In this document: positions 1 through 9,425 of the stretch, in pieces | Position numbering within the stretch: position 1 is the first letter of the stretch | Layout of the letters: each line of letters starts with the position of its first letter | DNA from: a virus | Taxonomy: Duplodnaviria > Caudoviricetes | Direction: 5' to 3' (one strand) | Virus record (IMG/VR): IMGVR_UViG_3300030430_000437 | Coordinates: 1-34,904 of that record | DNA length: 34,904 bases | The notes under the pieces: generated by a model | What the model was told of the DNA's origin: nothing | What the model saw: only the letters and a program-made list of their open reading frames with translations | Database searches by the model: none | Translations under genes and position numbers: made by a program

Positions 1-98
1 AAAGTAGATTTGGAGATTTTTCTAAAACCTTTGAAGTACCTGCAACAAAAAACAACAATAGATTATTTAGACACATATACAGAGCAGATATAGTTAAT
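1..98. repeat. Terminal direct repeat, left copy (assembly overlap of a circular/permuted genome)
   Basis: 1-98 is identical to 34806-34903; the next base differs (G at 99, A at 34904). Confidence 0.95.
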
Positions 99-2225
99 GA
101 TAAAAATGTATTTGCACTAAAAGATTGTAGAATATTAGTTGATGGCATTAACTTTTTTACTGGTAAAATACAGATAAAAGGAAGCATACAAGATAAAAAC
201 CCTAAATCATATAGTTGTGTTATCACAGGTGGTAATGCTACATGGGTTTCTCTAATAAAAAACAAAAATCTTTGTGATCTAGAATTTGCCAACACTTCTA
301 CTCAAACTTTTGATTATACAACAATAGAAAATAGTTTTAACAAAACACAAGCAAACTCCGAAATAGTATATCCTTTAGTTAGTTATGGTGACTTTTATCC
401 AACCTCTGCTAATGGTGGTGTTAATTTACAAGATGAAACTGATGACTCTCAAGACTGGAGAGGATGGTTCTGGGTTTATAATTTATTAAAAGAAATATTT
501 AAAAACATAGGTTACACTATTAGTTCTAATTTTATTGAAACTGCTGACTTTAAAAAACTAATAAGTCATTTTGGTTGGGAAGTTCCAATTAGCGATGCAG
601 AAAATTTAAATGAAACTTACAAGTTAGAAGCAAAAAGAGTAGGACAAACTCAAGCTACAGCACAACTTATTGGTTGTACTAACTTACTTAATATATCTGG
701 TACAGGAGCTAGTATCGGACAAGACTTTACAAATCAAACTTTAGTATTTAACACAGAAGTATCAGACATTTCAAATGCACATAATACAACTACAGGAGTG
801 TGGACTTGTCAAAGAGGAGGTTTTTATTCTTTTAGTTCAAAGATAAATGCTTTGTTTGCAGTCAGTACATTCAGTAATGCTTTTTTATATGATTTAAAAA
901 TGACTTTGAAAATAGTCCATAAAGACAGTACAGGTACTGTTTTAAATACATTTAAAAATGAATTTGTTGACATATTTAATTCAAGATTACCTCAAAGTTT
1001 CTATCATTATTACAATAATATAAGCGTACAAACACCAGATTTTATCATAATAAAAGCTAACGAAACTGTACAAACACAAATTGATATAGAAACAAATGCT
1101 CGTACAGGTTCTTTTAAGTTTGGTTTTGCTTTTGTTGACTGGTCAAGTTTTCCTACGTTTGACAATGAACCAAGAATGATTGCAACTTTTGATGCAACAA
1201 GAATTAATATTGGTTATGATTTTCAACTGCATGATGTTTTGCCTTGTAATGTAAAACAAATAGATTTTATAAAAGGTGTAGCTCACTTATTTAATTTGCA
1301 ATTTTACACAGATGTAAATAGTAAAAAAGTATATGTAGAACCTTACAATGATTTTTACAATGATTTTAGCACAGCTTATAATTGGTCAAGTAAGGTAGAT
1401 TATCAACAACCAATAGAAGATAGATACGAGATAGGTTTAAAAGAAGAGATAGTATTTAAATATAAAAATGATAGTACAGATAAATATTTAGAATATCTTA
1501 ATACAGATGAAAATGGCAATGTATTACTTAATCCTTTATTCTCTTACTATCAAAGTCTTGGAAGAAACTTTCCAAAAGGTAAATTGACATTTGAAAATCC
1601 TTTGTTTGCACCAACCATACAAACTTGGGATAATGATGTAAGGGATGGAACAAACATTAATGGAGTTTTAATTCCAGCGATGTGGACAGAGATTGTTTTG
1701 GAAAATACAATAGGTGCAGAAAGTGCAGCTTTTCAACCAGTTGAAAGACCTGATAAAGGATTTAATTATGAACCCAGAATAGCATATTATCATGGATTAG
1801 TGCAAAATCCAAACAATTCTAATTATCAAACTAGATGGTCATCTAAAGAACTAAATAGTGCTGGTAATCCTATAACTTTTCAGAATCTTGTTTATCCAAG
1901 AGCTACTTTTGTAGATTATGAAGATTCTTCATTTGCATCTTTGTCATACAATGATGAAATTATATCACCACCAAGATCAGGAACATCAACTACAGCTAAA
2001 GGGTTATATAGTGTGTATTATAAAAAAATGATACAACAATTAATTCAATCACCAAGAATAAGAACCTTAAATTTAAATCTTAAAATTAAAGATGTAAGAA
2101 ATATAGATTTAAGAAATTTAGTAATGATAGATGGTCAGTATTACAGAATAAATAAAATTGTAGATTTTTCACCTGCAAAAAATATAACAACAAAAGTAGA
2201 ACTAATACAATGGTTTGAAGTTTAA
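3..2225 (+). CDS. Tail tip/baseplate-type structural protein, 3' part (gene starts at 34391 and wraps the join, ~879 aa total)
   Basis: Frame is open from base 3 to 2225, upstream of the track's GTG at 798, and in frame with the ORF from 34391. Motifs DFSKTFEVPATKNNN, FIKGVAHLFNL, VYVEPYNDFY and YYRINKIVDFS resemble Bacteroidota-phage tail proteins. Confidence 0.75.
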   Translation, partial: SRFGDFSKTFEVPATKNNNRLFRHIYRADIVNDKNVFALKDCRILVDGINFFTGKIQIKGSIQDKNPKSYSCVITGGNATWVSLIKNKNLCDLEFANTSTQTFDYTTIENSFNKTQANSEIVYPLVSYGDFYPTSANGGVNLQDETDDSQDWRGWFWVYNLLKEIFKNIGYTISSNFIETADFKKLISHFGWEVPISDAENLNETYKLEAKRVGQTQATAQLIGCTNLLNISGTGASIGQDFTNQTLVFNTEVSDISNAHNTTTGVWTCQRGGFYSFSSKINALFAVSTFSNAFLYDLKMTLKIVHKDSTGTVLNTFKNEFVDIFNSRLPQSFYHYYNNISVQTPDFIIIKANETVQTQIDIETNARTGSFKFGFAFVDWSSFPTFDNEPRMIATFDATRINIGYDFQLHDVLPCNVKQIDFIKGVAHLFNLQFYTDVNSKKVYVEPYNDFYNDFSTAYNWSSKVDYQQPIEDRYEIGLKEEIVFKYKNDSTDKYLEYLNTDENGNVLLNPLFSYYQSLGRNFPKGKLTFENPLFAPTIQTWDNDVRDGTNINGVLIPAMWTEIVLENTIGAESAAFQPVERPDKGFNYEPRIAYYHGLVQNPNNSNYQTRWSSKELNSAGNPITFQNLVYPRATFVDYEDSSFASLSYNDEIISPPRSGTSTTAKGLYSVYYKKMIQQLIQSPRIRTLNLNLKIKDVRNIDLRNLVMIDGQYYRINKIVDFSPAKNITTKVELIQWFEV

Positions 2226-2228
2226 GAT

Positions 2229-2492
2229 ATGGGAAAAGCAAAACAAAATATATTAGCAAAAAAAACAAGCGTTATAAATAAATTAAATGTAACTCCAAAT
2301 GGTACTTTGACTATAGGTGCTGGTTTTGTTTACTATGAAAACTCATCTAGTGATTTTGCTCAAGTAGTTACTACAGATGAAAATGGTAACATACAACCTG
2401 TGATTCTTTCTACTACGTCTGATTATACAGAAACAACAATAAATAGACCACCAACAAGTGTAACATATAGTAACGAATTAATTGCTTCATAA
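2229..2492 (+). CDS. Hypothetical protein, likely virion-associated
   Basis: 87-aa ORF tightly packed in the tail operon; its stop overlaps the next start. Confidence 0.6.
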   Translation: MGKAKQNILAKKTSVINKLNVTPNGTLTIGAGFVYYENSSSDFAQVVTTDENGNIQPVILSTTSDYTETTINRPPTSVTYSNELIAS

Positions 2493-3046
2493 TGTTTAGA
2501 TTAAAAAACACAAATAATAGACTTAAAATAATTGGCAAAATACTTGTTGATGGTTTAAAGGATGAGTTAAAAAATCAAAAACACACAGCCACAGGGGCTT
2601 TAGAAAGAAGTATTAAATACATTAGACAAAACCCAAGAGGTATATCTGGTATCAGATTAGATGTTATTTCTACTCTAAACAAATCTTATTGGCAGGTTGT
2701 CAACAACCCAAGTAGACATACTTTTCAAGTGAGTATACCAGCTTTAAAAAAATGGGTTGTAAATAAAGGAATACCTTTAAATGCTTTGTATGCTATTTAC
2801 AATAAACTTGTAGGTAATAAAAATACAAACAGAAGAGGTTATTATGGTAGACCTTATGTTTATTGGACAGAGGGTAACAACATTAGAAGAACAGACTTTG
2901 CAGGGTATACAAAAAGAAAGTTTAAAAAACAAATAGTTAGTGAAATACAAGTAGGTGTTGGTCAGGATGCAGTGCAGATGATAAGAGATAACATAAAAAA
3001 GTACATTCCAAATAGAGAGGTACAAAATCGTGGATTTTTAAGATAA
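2492..3046 (+). CDS. Putative neck/tail-completion protein (HK97 gp10-like)
   Basis: Basic 184-aa protein with a TGALERSI motif typical of the gp10-like family; lies just before the tape measure gene. Confidence 0.55.
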   Translation: MFRLKNTNNRLKIIGKILVDGLKDELKNQKHTATGALERSIKYIRQNPRGISGIRLDVISTLNKSYWQVVNNPSRHTFQVSIPALKKWVVNKGIPLNALYAIYNKLVGNKNTNRRGYYGRPYVYWTEGNNIRRTDFAGYTKRKFKKQIVSEIQVGVGQDAVQMIRDNIKKYIPNREVQNRGFLR

Positions 3047-3051
3047 ATATT

Positions 3052-5523
3052 ATGGCAAGAGATACAGAAAAAATAATAGTTCAGGTAGTAGTTAAGGGTC
3101 AAGAACAATTAAAAAATCTTGACAAACAAACAAAAAATGCAACCAAAAGTGCTGGTAGTTTAGTAAAGCGATTAGGTAGAATGGCAGCAGGAGTGACTGC
3201 TGCTGTAGTAGCTTTTAGAAAGCTGTCTGCTGTGATAAGTGCAGGTGTTAAAACTTTTAAAGAGTTTGAGTTTGAGATGGCTAAAGTAAGAGCAATCACT
3301 GGTGCGTCTGAAAAAGATTTTAGAAAACTAGAAGCTACAGCATTACAACTTGGTAGAACAACATTCTTTACTGCACAACAAGTAGCACAATTACAAGTAA
3401 ACTTTGGTAAGTTAGGATTTAGCACACAAGAAATATTAGATGCACAGGAAGCTACATTATTACTAGCAACAGCAACACAATCAGATTTAGGTAGAGCAGC
3501 GATAGTAGCTGGAGCTACTGTTAGAGGTTTTGGATTAGATGCTAGTGAAACTGCTAGGGTAGTAGATGTCATGGCAGAAGCATTTACATCATCTGCACTT
3601 GACATTGAGAAGTTTCAAACATCTATGACTAAAGTATCACCTATTGCAGCAGCAGCTAATATTACTTTAGAATCTACAACAGCAGTCATGGGAACACTTA
3701 CAGACGCAGGTATAGAAGCGTCTATTGCTGGTACATCATTAAGAAATATATTTTTAAAGATGGCTGATCCTGCATCAGATTTATCTAAACATCTTGGCTT
3801 TACTGTTAATAGTTCAGAGGATTTAGAAAAGGCATTACTAAAACTTAATGGTGAATCTTTATCAAATGCAGAAATGATGGAGCTTGTTGATTTAAGACAA
3901 GTAGCTGCATTTGCTACAATGGTCAATGGTACTGATAACATCTTAGACATGACAGATGCTTTTGAACAAGCTAATGGTGCAGCAAAAGAGATGGCTGATA
4001 TTATGGCTGATACCTTACAAGGAGATATACTACAAGCTAAGTCAGCTTGGGAAGGTTTTACACAAGCATTGATTGAGGGTAGAATTGGTAGAACACTTAG
4101 AGCATTTACACAAGGTTTTACTTTTACTATAAATAAATTTACTGATAACATGAAAGATGCTGAATCTTTAGCTGTTGATGTGTTTCAAGAACAATTAAAT
4201 ATAGCTAAAACACAACAAAAAGAATTAGCAGAGATTGGTGAAGAAACATCTATGGTAGAACAGATACAGTTTCGTATAAATGAACTTGAAAGAGAGCAAG
4301 AGGTAAGAAGTCAACAGGTTGGTACAACAGAAAAAGATGAGAAGAAAAGACAAAGAGTTTTTGAAGCAACTGAAATAGCTATTAAAGACTTAAGAGAAGA
4401 AGTAGAAAGATTGACAAAGGCAGAAGAAGAAAATGCAAGACAAGCACAATTAGACGCAGATATAGCAGCAGAAAAAGCTAGAAGAGCAAGAGAAAAAGAA
4501 AGAGAACTTGCAGAAAAAGAAAGACTTGCACAATTAGCAAAATTAGAAAGAGAAAGACAAAAAAGGTTTAAAAAAGAAATAGCTGATGAAAAAGATAGGC
4601 ATAGAATTGTTTTAGCTTCTTTTAAAGAAAGACTTTTAAATGAGGAAGATACACAAGAACAATTTGATGCAAATGTTTTTAACGCAGAGCAACATCATTT
4701 AGGAGAATTGCTAGTATTGTATCAAAGATATGGGATGTCTATAACTGATATTCAAAATCAAATATTAGATAATCAGTTAGCTAATAATAAAAAAGAAAAT
4801 GAAGCTAACGCAAAACTAAATCAAGATAAACTTGACAGACAAAAAGAATTAAAAGATTTTAGTTTGCAAACTGCTAGTAGTTTGTCTGATATGTTATTTC
4901 AGATTGAAGCACAAAATTCTCAAAGAACTCTTGATGCTCAGGTTAAATCTCTTGATGCTAAGTTAGAAGCTGGTATAATTTCTCAAGAAGAATACGATAA
5001 AAGATTAGATAATATAAATAGAAGAGCTTTCAAAAGAGATAAAAGAAAAAATCTAGCACAGGCAAGTATGGAGATGGCACTAAGTATTATAGAAGCATCA
5101 CCAGACCTTTTAAAAATGGCTCTTGCTACTACAGTTGGACTGTCAGGGATTGGTATTATAGCTTCTCAACAATATGCAAAAGGAGGTATGGTGCATGGTA
5201 AATCACACGCTAATGGTGGTGAGAAGTTTGCAGTTGGTGGTAGAGTAGTAGAATTAGAAGGTGGGGAAGCTGTCATAAATAAACGTAGTACGTCTATGTT
5301 TAGAAGTCAGTTATCTGCTATGAACGCAGCAGGGGGTGGTGTTAAGTTTGCAGATGGAGGTTTATTGAATATGCCGTCATTTGCAACAAATCAATTTAAT
5401 GCTGTTGGAATGAATGGACTTGCAGGAGCAGTAAGTCAAGGAGGTAGAGTATATGTATTAGAAAGTGACATTACTAATACGCAAAATAATGTAAGTCTGA
5501 TACAAAGTCAGGCGGGATTTTAA
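3052..5523 (+). CDS. Tail tape measure protein (TP901-like)
   Basis: FEFEMAKVRAITGA, TTFFTAQQVA, GIEASIAGTSLRN and MADTLQGD core motifs, a long charged coiled coil, and a C-terminal YAKGG...EGGEAVIN. Confidence 0.93.
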   Translation: MARDTEKIIVQVVVKGQEQLKNLDKQTKNATKSAGSLVKRLGRMAAGVTAAVVAFRKLSAVISAGVKTFKEFEFEMAKVRAITGASEKDFRKLEATALQLGRTTFFTAQQVAQLQVNFGKLGFSTQEILDAQEATLLLATATQSDLGRAAIVAGATVRGFGLDASETARVVDVMAEAFTSSALDIEKFQTSMTKVSPIAAAANITLESTTAVMGTLTDAGIEASIAGTSLRNIFLKMADPASDLSKHLGFTVNSSEDLEKALLKLNGESLSNAEMMELVDLRQVAAFATMVNGTDNILDMTDAFEQANGAAKEMADIMADTLQGDILQAKSAWEGFTQALIEGRIGRTLRAFTQGFTFTINKFTDNMKDAESLAVDVFQEQLNIAKTQQKELAEIGEETSMVEQIQFRINELEREQEVRSQQVGTTEKDEKKRQRVFEATEIAIKDLREEVERLTKAEEENARQAQLDADIAAEKARRAREKERELAEKERLAQLAKLERERQKRFKKEIADEKDRHRIVLASFKERLLNEEDTQEQFDANVFNAEQHHLGELLVLYQRYGMSITDIQNQILDNQLANNKKENEANAKLNQDKLDRQKELKDFSLQTASSLSDMLFQIEAQNSQRTLDAQVKSLDAKLEAGIISQEEYDKRLDNINRRAFKRDKRKNLAQASMEMALSIIEASPDLLKMALATTVGLSGIGIIASQQYAKGGMVHGKSHANGGEKFAVGGRVVELEGGEAVINKRSTSMFRSQLSAMNAAGGGVKFADGGLLNMPSFATNQFNAVGMNGLAGAVSQGGRVYVLESDITNTQNNVSLIQSQAGF

Positions 5524-5534
5524 AAAATTAACAT

Positions 5535-5729
5535 ATGTTCGTTGATAAAAAAGAAAAACAGAGAAGATTAGATATATGCAAAAGCTGTACCTTTTACAGA
5601 AACTTTTTAATGTTAAAATACCCAAAGTGGGATAGAGGAGCAAGGTGTGCTAAATGCACTTGCTTTCTTGATGCAAAAGCAGCATTGACAAAAGAGTTTT
5701 TTGGTAAATGTCCAATAGATAAATGGTAA
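5535..5729 (+). CDS. Small Cys-rich protein (DUF6171-like, probable metal binder)
   Basis: RLDICKSC...RCAKCTCFLDAK...CPIDKW pattern. Confidence 0.65.
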   Translation: MFVDKKEKQRRLDICKSCTFYRNFLMLKYPKWDRGARCAKCTCFLDAKAALTKEFFGKCPIDKW

Positions 5730-5730
5730 T

Positions 5731-6024
5731 ATGACAGATATAAAAGCAGTATCAAAAACTTTTACAAAAGCACAAAAAGAATTAATTATAAATACATTAA
5801 AACAAAATGATGATTATACTAGAAATTTTAGTCATCATAAAAGAGAATGTATAAATATTTTATTTGCTGAATGGCATAGGTTATTTCCTGCTAATAAACA
5901 AGATGTAAATTGCACAAGCTGTAGAAATGCTGTAATAAAGTTTTTTAAAACTATGCATATAGAGTGGGACACTGAAATAGAAAAACCAAAAAAGAAAACT
6001 CGTGCCAAAAAATCTAAAAAATAA
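5731..6024 (+). CDS. Hypothetical protein with CxxC and basic tail
   Basis: 97-aa ORF with NCTSC, packed in the operon. Confidence 0.65.
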   Translation: MTDIKAVSKTFTKAQKELIINTLKQNDDYTRNFSHHKRECINILFAEWHRLFPANKQDVNCTSCRNAVIKFFKTMHIEWDTEIEKPKKKTRAKKSKK

Positions 6025-6331
6025 ACCTAAAGTAATTTACGAGTACATAGAAACTTTAACTGTAGAACTTACAAAAAGATTTGGTAATGACCCTACAACC
6101 AAAGACATATTAAGACATCTTGTTGAAAGAGGTATGATAGAGAAAAGAAGATTAAGAAATTATATGATAATAACAGACTTTGATAAAATGCTTGTACACA
6201 ACGAAGGTAATAGAACTGCTACATTTATGGACTTATCTATAAAGTATGAGATATGTGAAAGTCAAGTACAAAATATTGTATATAAAGACAGAAGAAAAAG
6301 TAAAATGTCTAGTAACGTATCTACAACATAA
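6002..6331 (+). CDS. Putative HTH DNA-binding protein (Mor/C-like C-terminus)
   Basis: C-terminal DLSIKYEICESQVQNIVY resembles an HTH; lies directly upstream of the head-operon promoter. Confidence 0.5.
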   Translation: MPKNLKNKPKVIYEYIETLTVELTKRFGNDPTTKDILRHLVERGMIEKRRLRNYMIITDFDKMLVHNEGNRTATFMDLSIKYEICESQVQNIVYKDRRKSKMSSNVSTT

Positions 6332-6345
6332 AGTTTTTTCCTTTA

Positions 6346-6381
6346 ATTAGGTATCAATAAATAAATTCAGTAGTAATTTTG
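6346..6381 (+). promoter_or_regulatory. Bacteroidota-type promoter for the head operon
   Basis: TAATTTTG (TAnnTTTG) at 6374-6381 in an intergenic gap, with ATTAGG at 6346-6351. Confidence 0.5.
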
Positions 6382-6385
6382 TAGT

Positions 6386-7411
6386 ATGAACGGAAAATGG
6401 TACGAAATTAAAAACGAAGCATCTGCATCGACAGATGTTTATATTTTTAATGACATCGGTACTTTTGGTATAACAGCACAAAAGTTTGTTGATGACATTA
6501 AAGGTTTGGATGGACGTGACATCACTTTACATATTAATAGTGTTGGTGGTGAAGTTTTTGAAGGCATGGCAATGCACTCGATAATCAAAAACAGAAAAGG
6601 TAAGACTACTGCATACATTGAAGGTATTGCAGCAAGTATTGCTACTGTTATAGCTCTGGCTGCTGACGAAGTAGTTATGAGTGAAAACTCTTTGTTTATG
6701 ATTCATAATGCATGGGGTAGTAGTCAGGGTGATGCTAATGACATGATGAAACAAGCACGAGTGCTAGAGAAGATAAGTAACGAAATAGCAGAGATTTATG
6801 TTAAGAAAACTGGTAGATACTATGACGAGATCATGGATTTAATGGATAACGAAACATGGATGACTGCTGAGGAAGCGTTTGAGTATGGTTTTATAGACAG
6901 AATATCTGATGCAATTAAAGTTGCAGCTAAAGCAGATGTTTCTCAATATAAGAACATGACAAACGAAAAAGTAAATAAAATCCTAAATAGTAATTTAAAA
7001 AGTAGTAAAATGACAGAAGATTTAAAAAACTGGTTTAACAGTAAAATCGATGAAATCGTTACTAAGGTAAAAGGTGATAATAACTCTGAAACTGCTGTTT
7101 CTGACGTTGAGATTACTATTGCTGACAAAGAAGAAGTTATGAACAAACTTACAGACTTTGAAGCTAAATTATCTGAAGCTAACGAAACTATTTCTAACTT
7201 AACAGAGGAAGCTGCATCTTTAAATGGAGAGAAAGCAACTTTAACTGAGGAGGTAGAAAGACTTAACGCTTTGTTAAATAAATCAGAAGCTACTGGTACA
7301 GAAATAAAAAATGATACTGAACCAGCAGTTGTTGAAAACAAAGTTGTAGACGCTAATGCAAGTTTTTATAATGCAATGGCTGATAGAATTAAAAATAAAT
7401 TTAAATCATAA
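6386..7411 (+). CDS. ClpP-type prohead maturation protease with C-terminal scaffold region
   Basis: INSVGGEVFEG, GIAASIA (Ser), MIHNAW (His) and ETWMTAEEAFEYGFID motifs, then an acidic coiled coil; precedes the capsid gene. Confidence 0.92.
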   Translation: MNGKWYEIKNEASASTDVYIFNDIGTFGITAQKFVDDIKGLDGRDITLHINSVGGEVFEGMAMHSIIKNRKGKTTAYIEGIAASIATVIALAADEVVMSENSLFMIHNAWGSSQGDANDMMKQARVLEKISNEIAEIYVKKTGRYYDEIMDLMDNETWMTAEEAFEYGFIDRISDAIKVAAKADVSQYKNMTNEKVNKILNSNLKSSKMTEDLKNWFNSKIDEIVTKVKGDNNSETAVSDVEITIADKEEVMNKLTDFEAKLSEANETISNLTEEAASLNGEKATLTEEVERLNALLNKSEATGTEIKNDTEPAVVENKVVDANASFYNAMADRIKNKFKS

Positions 7412-7428
7412 TTAAAAAATAAAATAAA

Positions 7429-8454
7429 ATGGCAAACGTAGCAAACAATAGTATAGCAGCAACTTATAGTGGTGCTCAACTAAATCAAATATTTTTTGAG
7501 CCAGTATTTAAGAGTGATGACATTATGCGTAACTATAGAGTAATTCCTAACGTCAAGCATAAAATGAATGTTTACACTTCTGCTGCTCTAAAAAATATAG
7601 TACAACCATACACAGGTTGTTCTTCAACAAGTGGTAGTACACAATTTAACATTGATGACAAAGTTATAACTGCAGGTAGATGTAGAGTTGCTTTAGAGCA
7701 GTGTACAGATGAGTTCTTTGGAACTTACATTGAGGAAATGTATAAAAGTGGTGTAGATGTAATGAATTTAGAAGGAACTCAATTAGCAGACGCAATCGTA
7801 AACAGAGCAGTATCTGGTATTGGTTCTGACGTAGTAAGATTAGCTTGGGGTGGTGATGGAGCAAGTGCAAATTATGACGCATTTGATGGATGGATGAAAT
7901 TAATGGGTGCTGATGCAACAGTATTAGCTGCTCAAATTCAACAAACAGGTGCAGCGTCAGTATCAACAGTTTCAGCAGCACACGCAATAGGAATCATAAG
8001 AAAAGTTTATGATGGTGCTCCAGCAGAGCTTCAGCAAATACCAGCAGCAAGTAAGAAAATGTTTGTAACTCCAAAAGTTTACAATGCATACCTTGCAAAC
8101 TTAGAAGGAACAAGTGCTGATTTAGCTTACCAAGCTCAAGTAGATGGTGCTCCAAGAGTTTCATTTAGAGGAGTAGAAATAGTACCTATGTATGAGTGGG
8201 ACACTATTTTAGCAGCATTAAATCCAGCAATCTTTGTTGACCAAAGTGCAGCAGCAACTGGTAATACTGAAAATGGTGTATGTTATTGTGCAGTAGAAAA
8301 CTTAGTTTTAGGTTCAGATGTAAATGACCCTGAATCATCGTTTAAAGTTTTCTATGATGACTTAGAAGAAAAAATGTTCTTCAGAGGTTACTTCAAGTTA
8401 GGTGTACAGTTTATGTACCCTTCTTTAGTACAATGGGGTATAATTACTACATAA
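7429..8454 (+). CDS. Major capsid protein
   Basis: 341 aa, follows protease/scaffold, strong A-rich leader, downstream hairpin; ends in the HK97-fold-like MFFRGYFKLGVQF. Confidence 0.8.
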   Translation: MANVANNSIAATYSGAQLNQIFFEPVFKSDDIMRNYRVIPNVKHKMNVYTSAALKNIVQPYTGCSSTSGSTQFNIDDKVITAGRCRVALEQCTDEFFGTYIEEMYKSGVDVMNLEGTQLADAIVNRAVSGIGSDVVRLAWGGDGASANYDAFDGWMKLMGADATVLAAQIQQTGAASVSTVSAAHAIGIIRKVYDGAPAELQQIPAASKKMFVTPKVYNAYLANLEGTSADLAYQAQVDGAPRVSFRGVEIVPMYEWDTILAALNPAIFVDQSAAATGNTENGVCYCAVENLVLGSDVNDPESSFKVFYDDLEEKMFFRGYFKLGVQFMYPSLVQWGIITT

Positions 8455-8461
8455 TAATTAT

Positions 8462-8502
8462 GTAATTTAGAGAGGGTGTAAAAACCCTCTCGTATTACTT
8501 TT
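8462..8502 (+). terminator. Stem-loop after capsid gene (partial terminator or mRNA stabiliser)
   Basis: GAGAGGGT (8470-8477) / ACCCTCTC (8484-8491), extended by GTAAT/ATTAC; the U-tract is weak. Confidence 0.6.
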
Positions 8503-8526
8503 AATAACTTTTAAAAAAATAATAAC

Positions 8527-9105
8527 ATGGCAATAGATACAGGTATAGCAATAGATTGTTCAGCTTTACAGTCAACAGGTGGTATATCACAGATTTGTTT
8601 AAGAAGTTTTGATTCTTCTGACTCTGTTACTTATGATAACACTGCTGGTAAACATGAAATATCTTCTATAGGTAATGGTGGTGGTACTGCAAGTTGGTTT
8701 GTTTATGAATTTAAACAAGAAACTGCTGAACTAACTGTTAACGCAACTAAAGAAAATGGTTCTACAGTATTTGAGTGTGGAGTTAACTTTATGTTACCAC
8801 AAATAAATAGCACTAAGATGCATGAGTTACAGGAGATGTTAAATGAGTGTATGATGGCAATTATTGTGACTACAAATGGTGAGAAATTAGTTGTTGGTTT
8901 AAGCGAAAAATACGCTAATGAAGATGTGATTTTTAGAAATCAAACTTTCTTAAATTTAGCAAGTATGGAAGGTGGCACTGGTGCAGCATTTGCAGACCAA
9001 AATGGTTTAACAATTAATTTACTAGCAAGACAATTTGAATTACCAAGACAATATTCTGGTACTTTGACAGTAGACACTTCGGCTTTGACAGCCACTTCAT
9101 CATAA
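8527..9105 (+). CDS. Major tail (tube) protein
   Basis: 192 aa with an N-terminal C...GGI, ENGSTVFE and a C-terminal GTGAAFADQNGLTINL, like Bacteroidota siphovirus tube proteins. Confidence 0.7.
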   Translation: MAIDTGIAIDCSALQSTGGISQICLRSFDSSDSVTYDNTAGKHEISSIGNGGGTASWFVYEFKQETAELTVNATKENGSTVFECGVNFMLPQINSTKMHELQEMLNECMMAIIVTTNGEKLVVGLSEKYANEDVIFRNQTFLNLASMEGGTGAAFADQNGLTINLLARQFELPRQYSGTLTVDTSALTATSS

Positions 9106-9218
9106 ATATTATTTAGGTTTGGTAACTCTGTAAAACTCTTAGTCATCCTAAAATATTTTTTATGTGCAATTGTGAAGAAAATTTATTAGATTTATCTAGT
9201 TTAAAAATTTACACACTT

Positions 9219-9425
9219 ATGGCGACATATAAAGCATTAAAAAAAACAACAATATATCATGGCACTAATAGTGTTATAAGAACAGCATCAGCTTCTCAAG
9301 AAGAGTTAGCTTACCTATATGATGTTTTAGGAGCTACTGATGTGATAGAAAAAATTGAAAAAACAAAAGATGGCTCAAAGAAAAGTAAAAAGCAAAGTAA
9401 AGACATCGACAAAGAGCAAGAGTAA
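9219..9425 (+). CDS. Small hypothetical head-associated protein (start 9219 preferred; 9162 possible)
   Basis: ORF between tube and portal with a basic/acidic C-terminal tail. Confidence 0.55.
   Translation: MATYKALKKTTIYHGTNSVIRTASASQEELAYLYDVLGATDVIEKIEKTKDGSKKSKKQSKDIDKEQE

Noticed and set aside
798-2225. GTG at 798 as a gene start
   Set aside because: The frame is open back to base 3 and through the circular join to ATG 34391.
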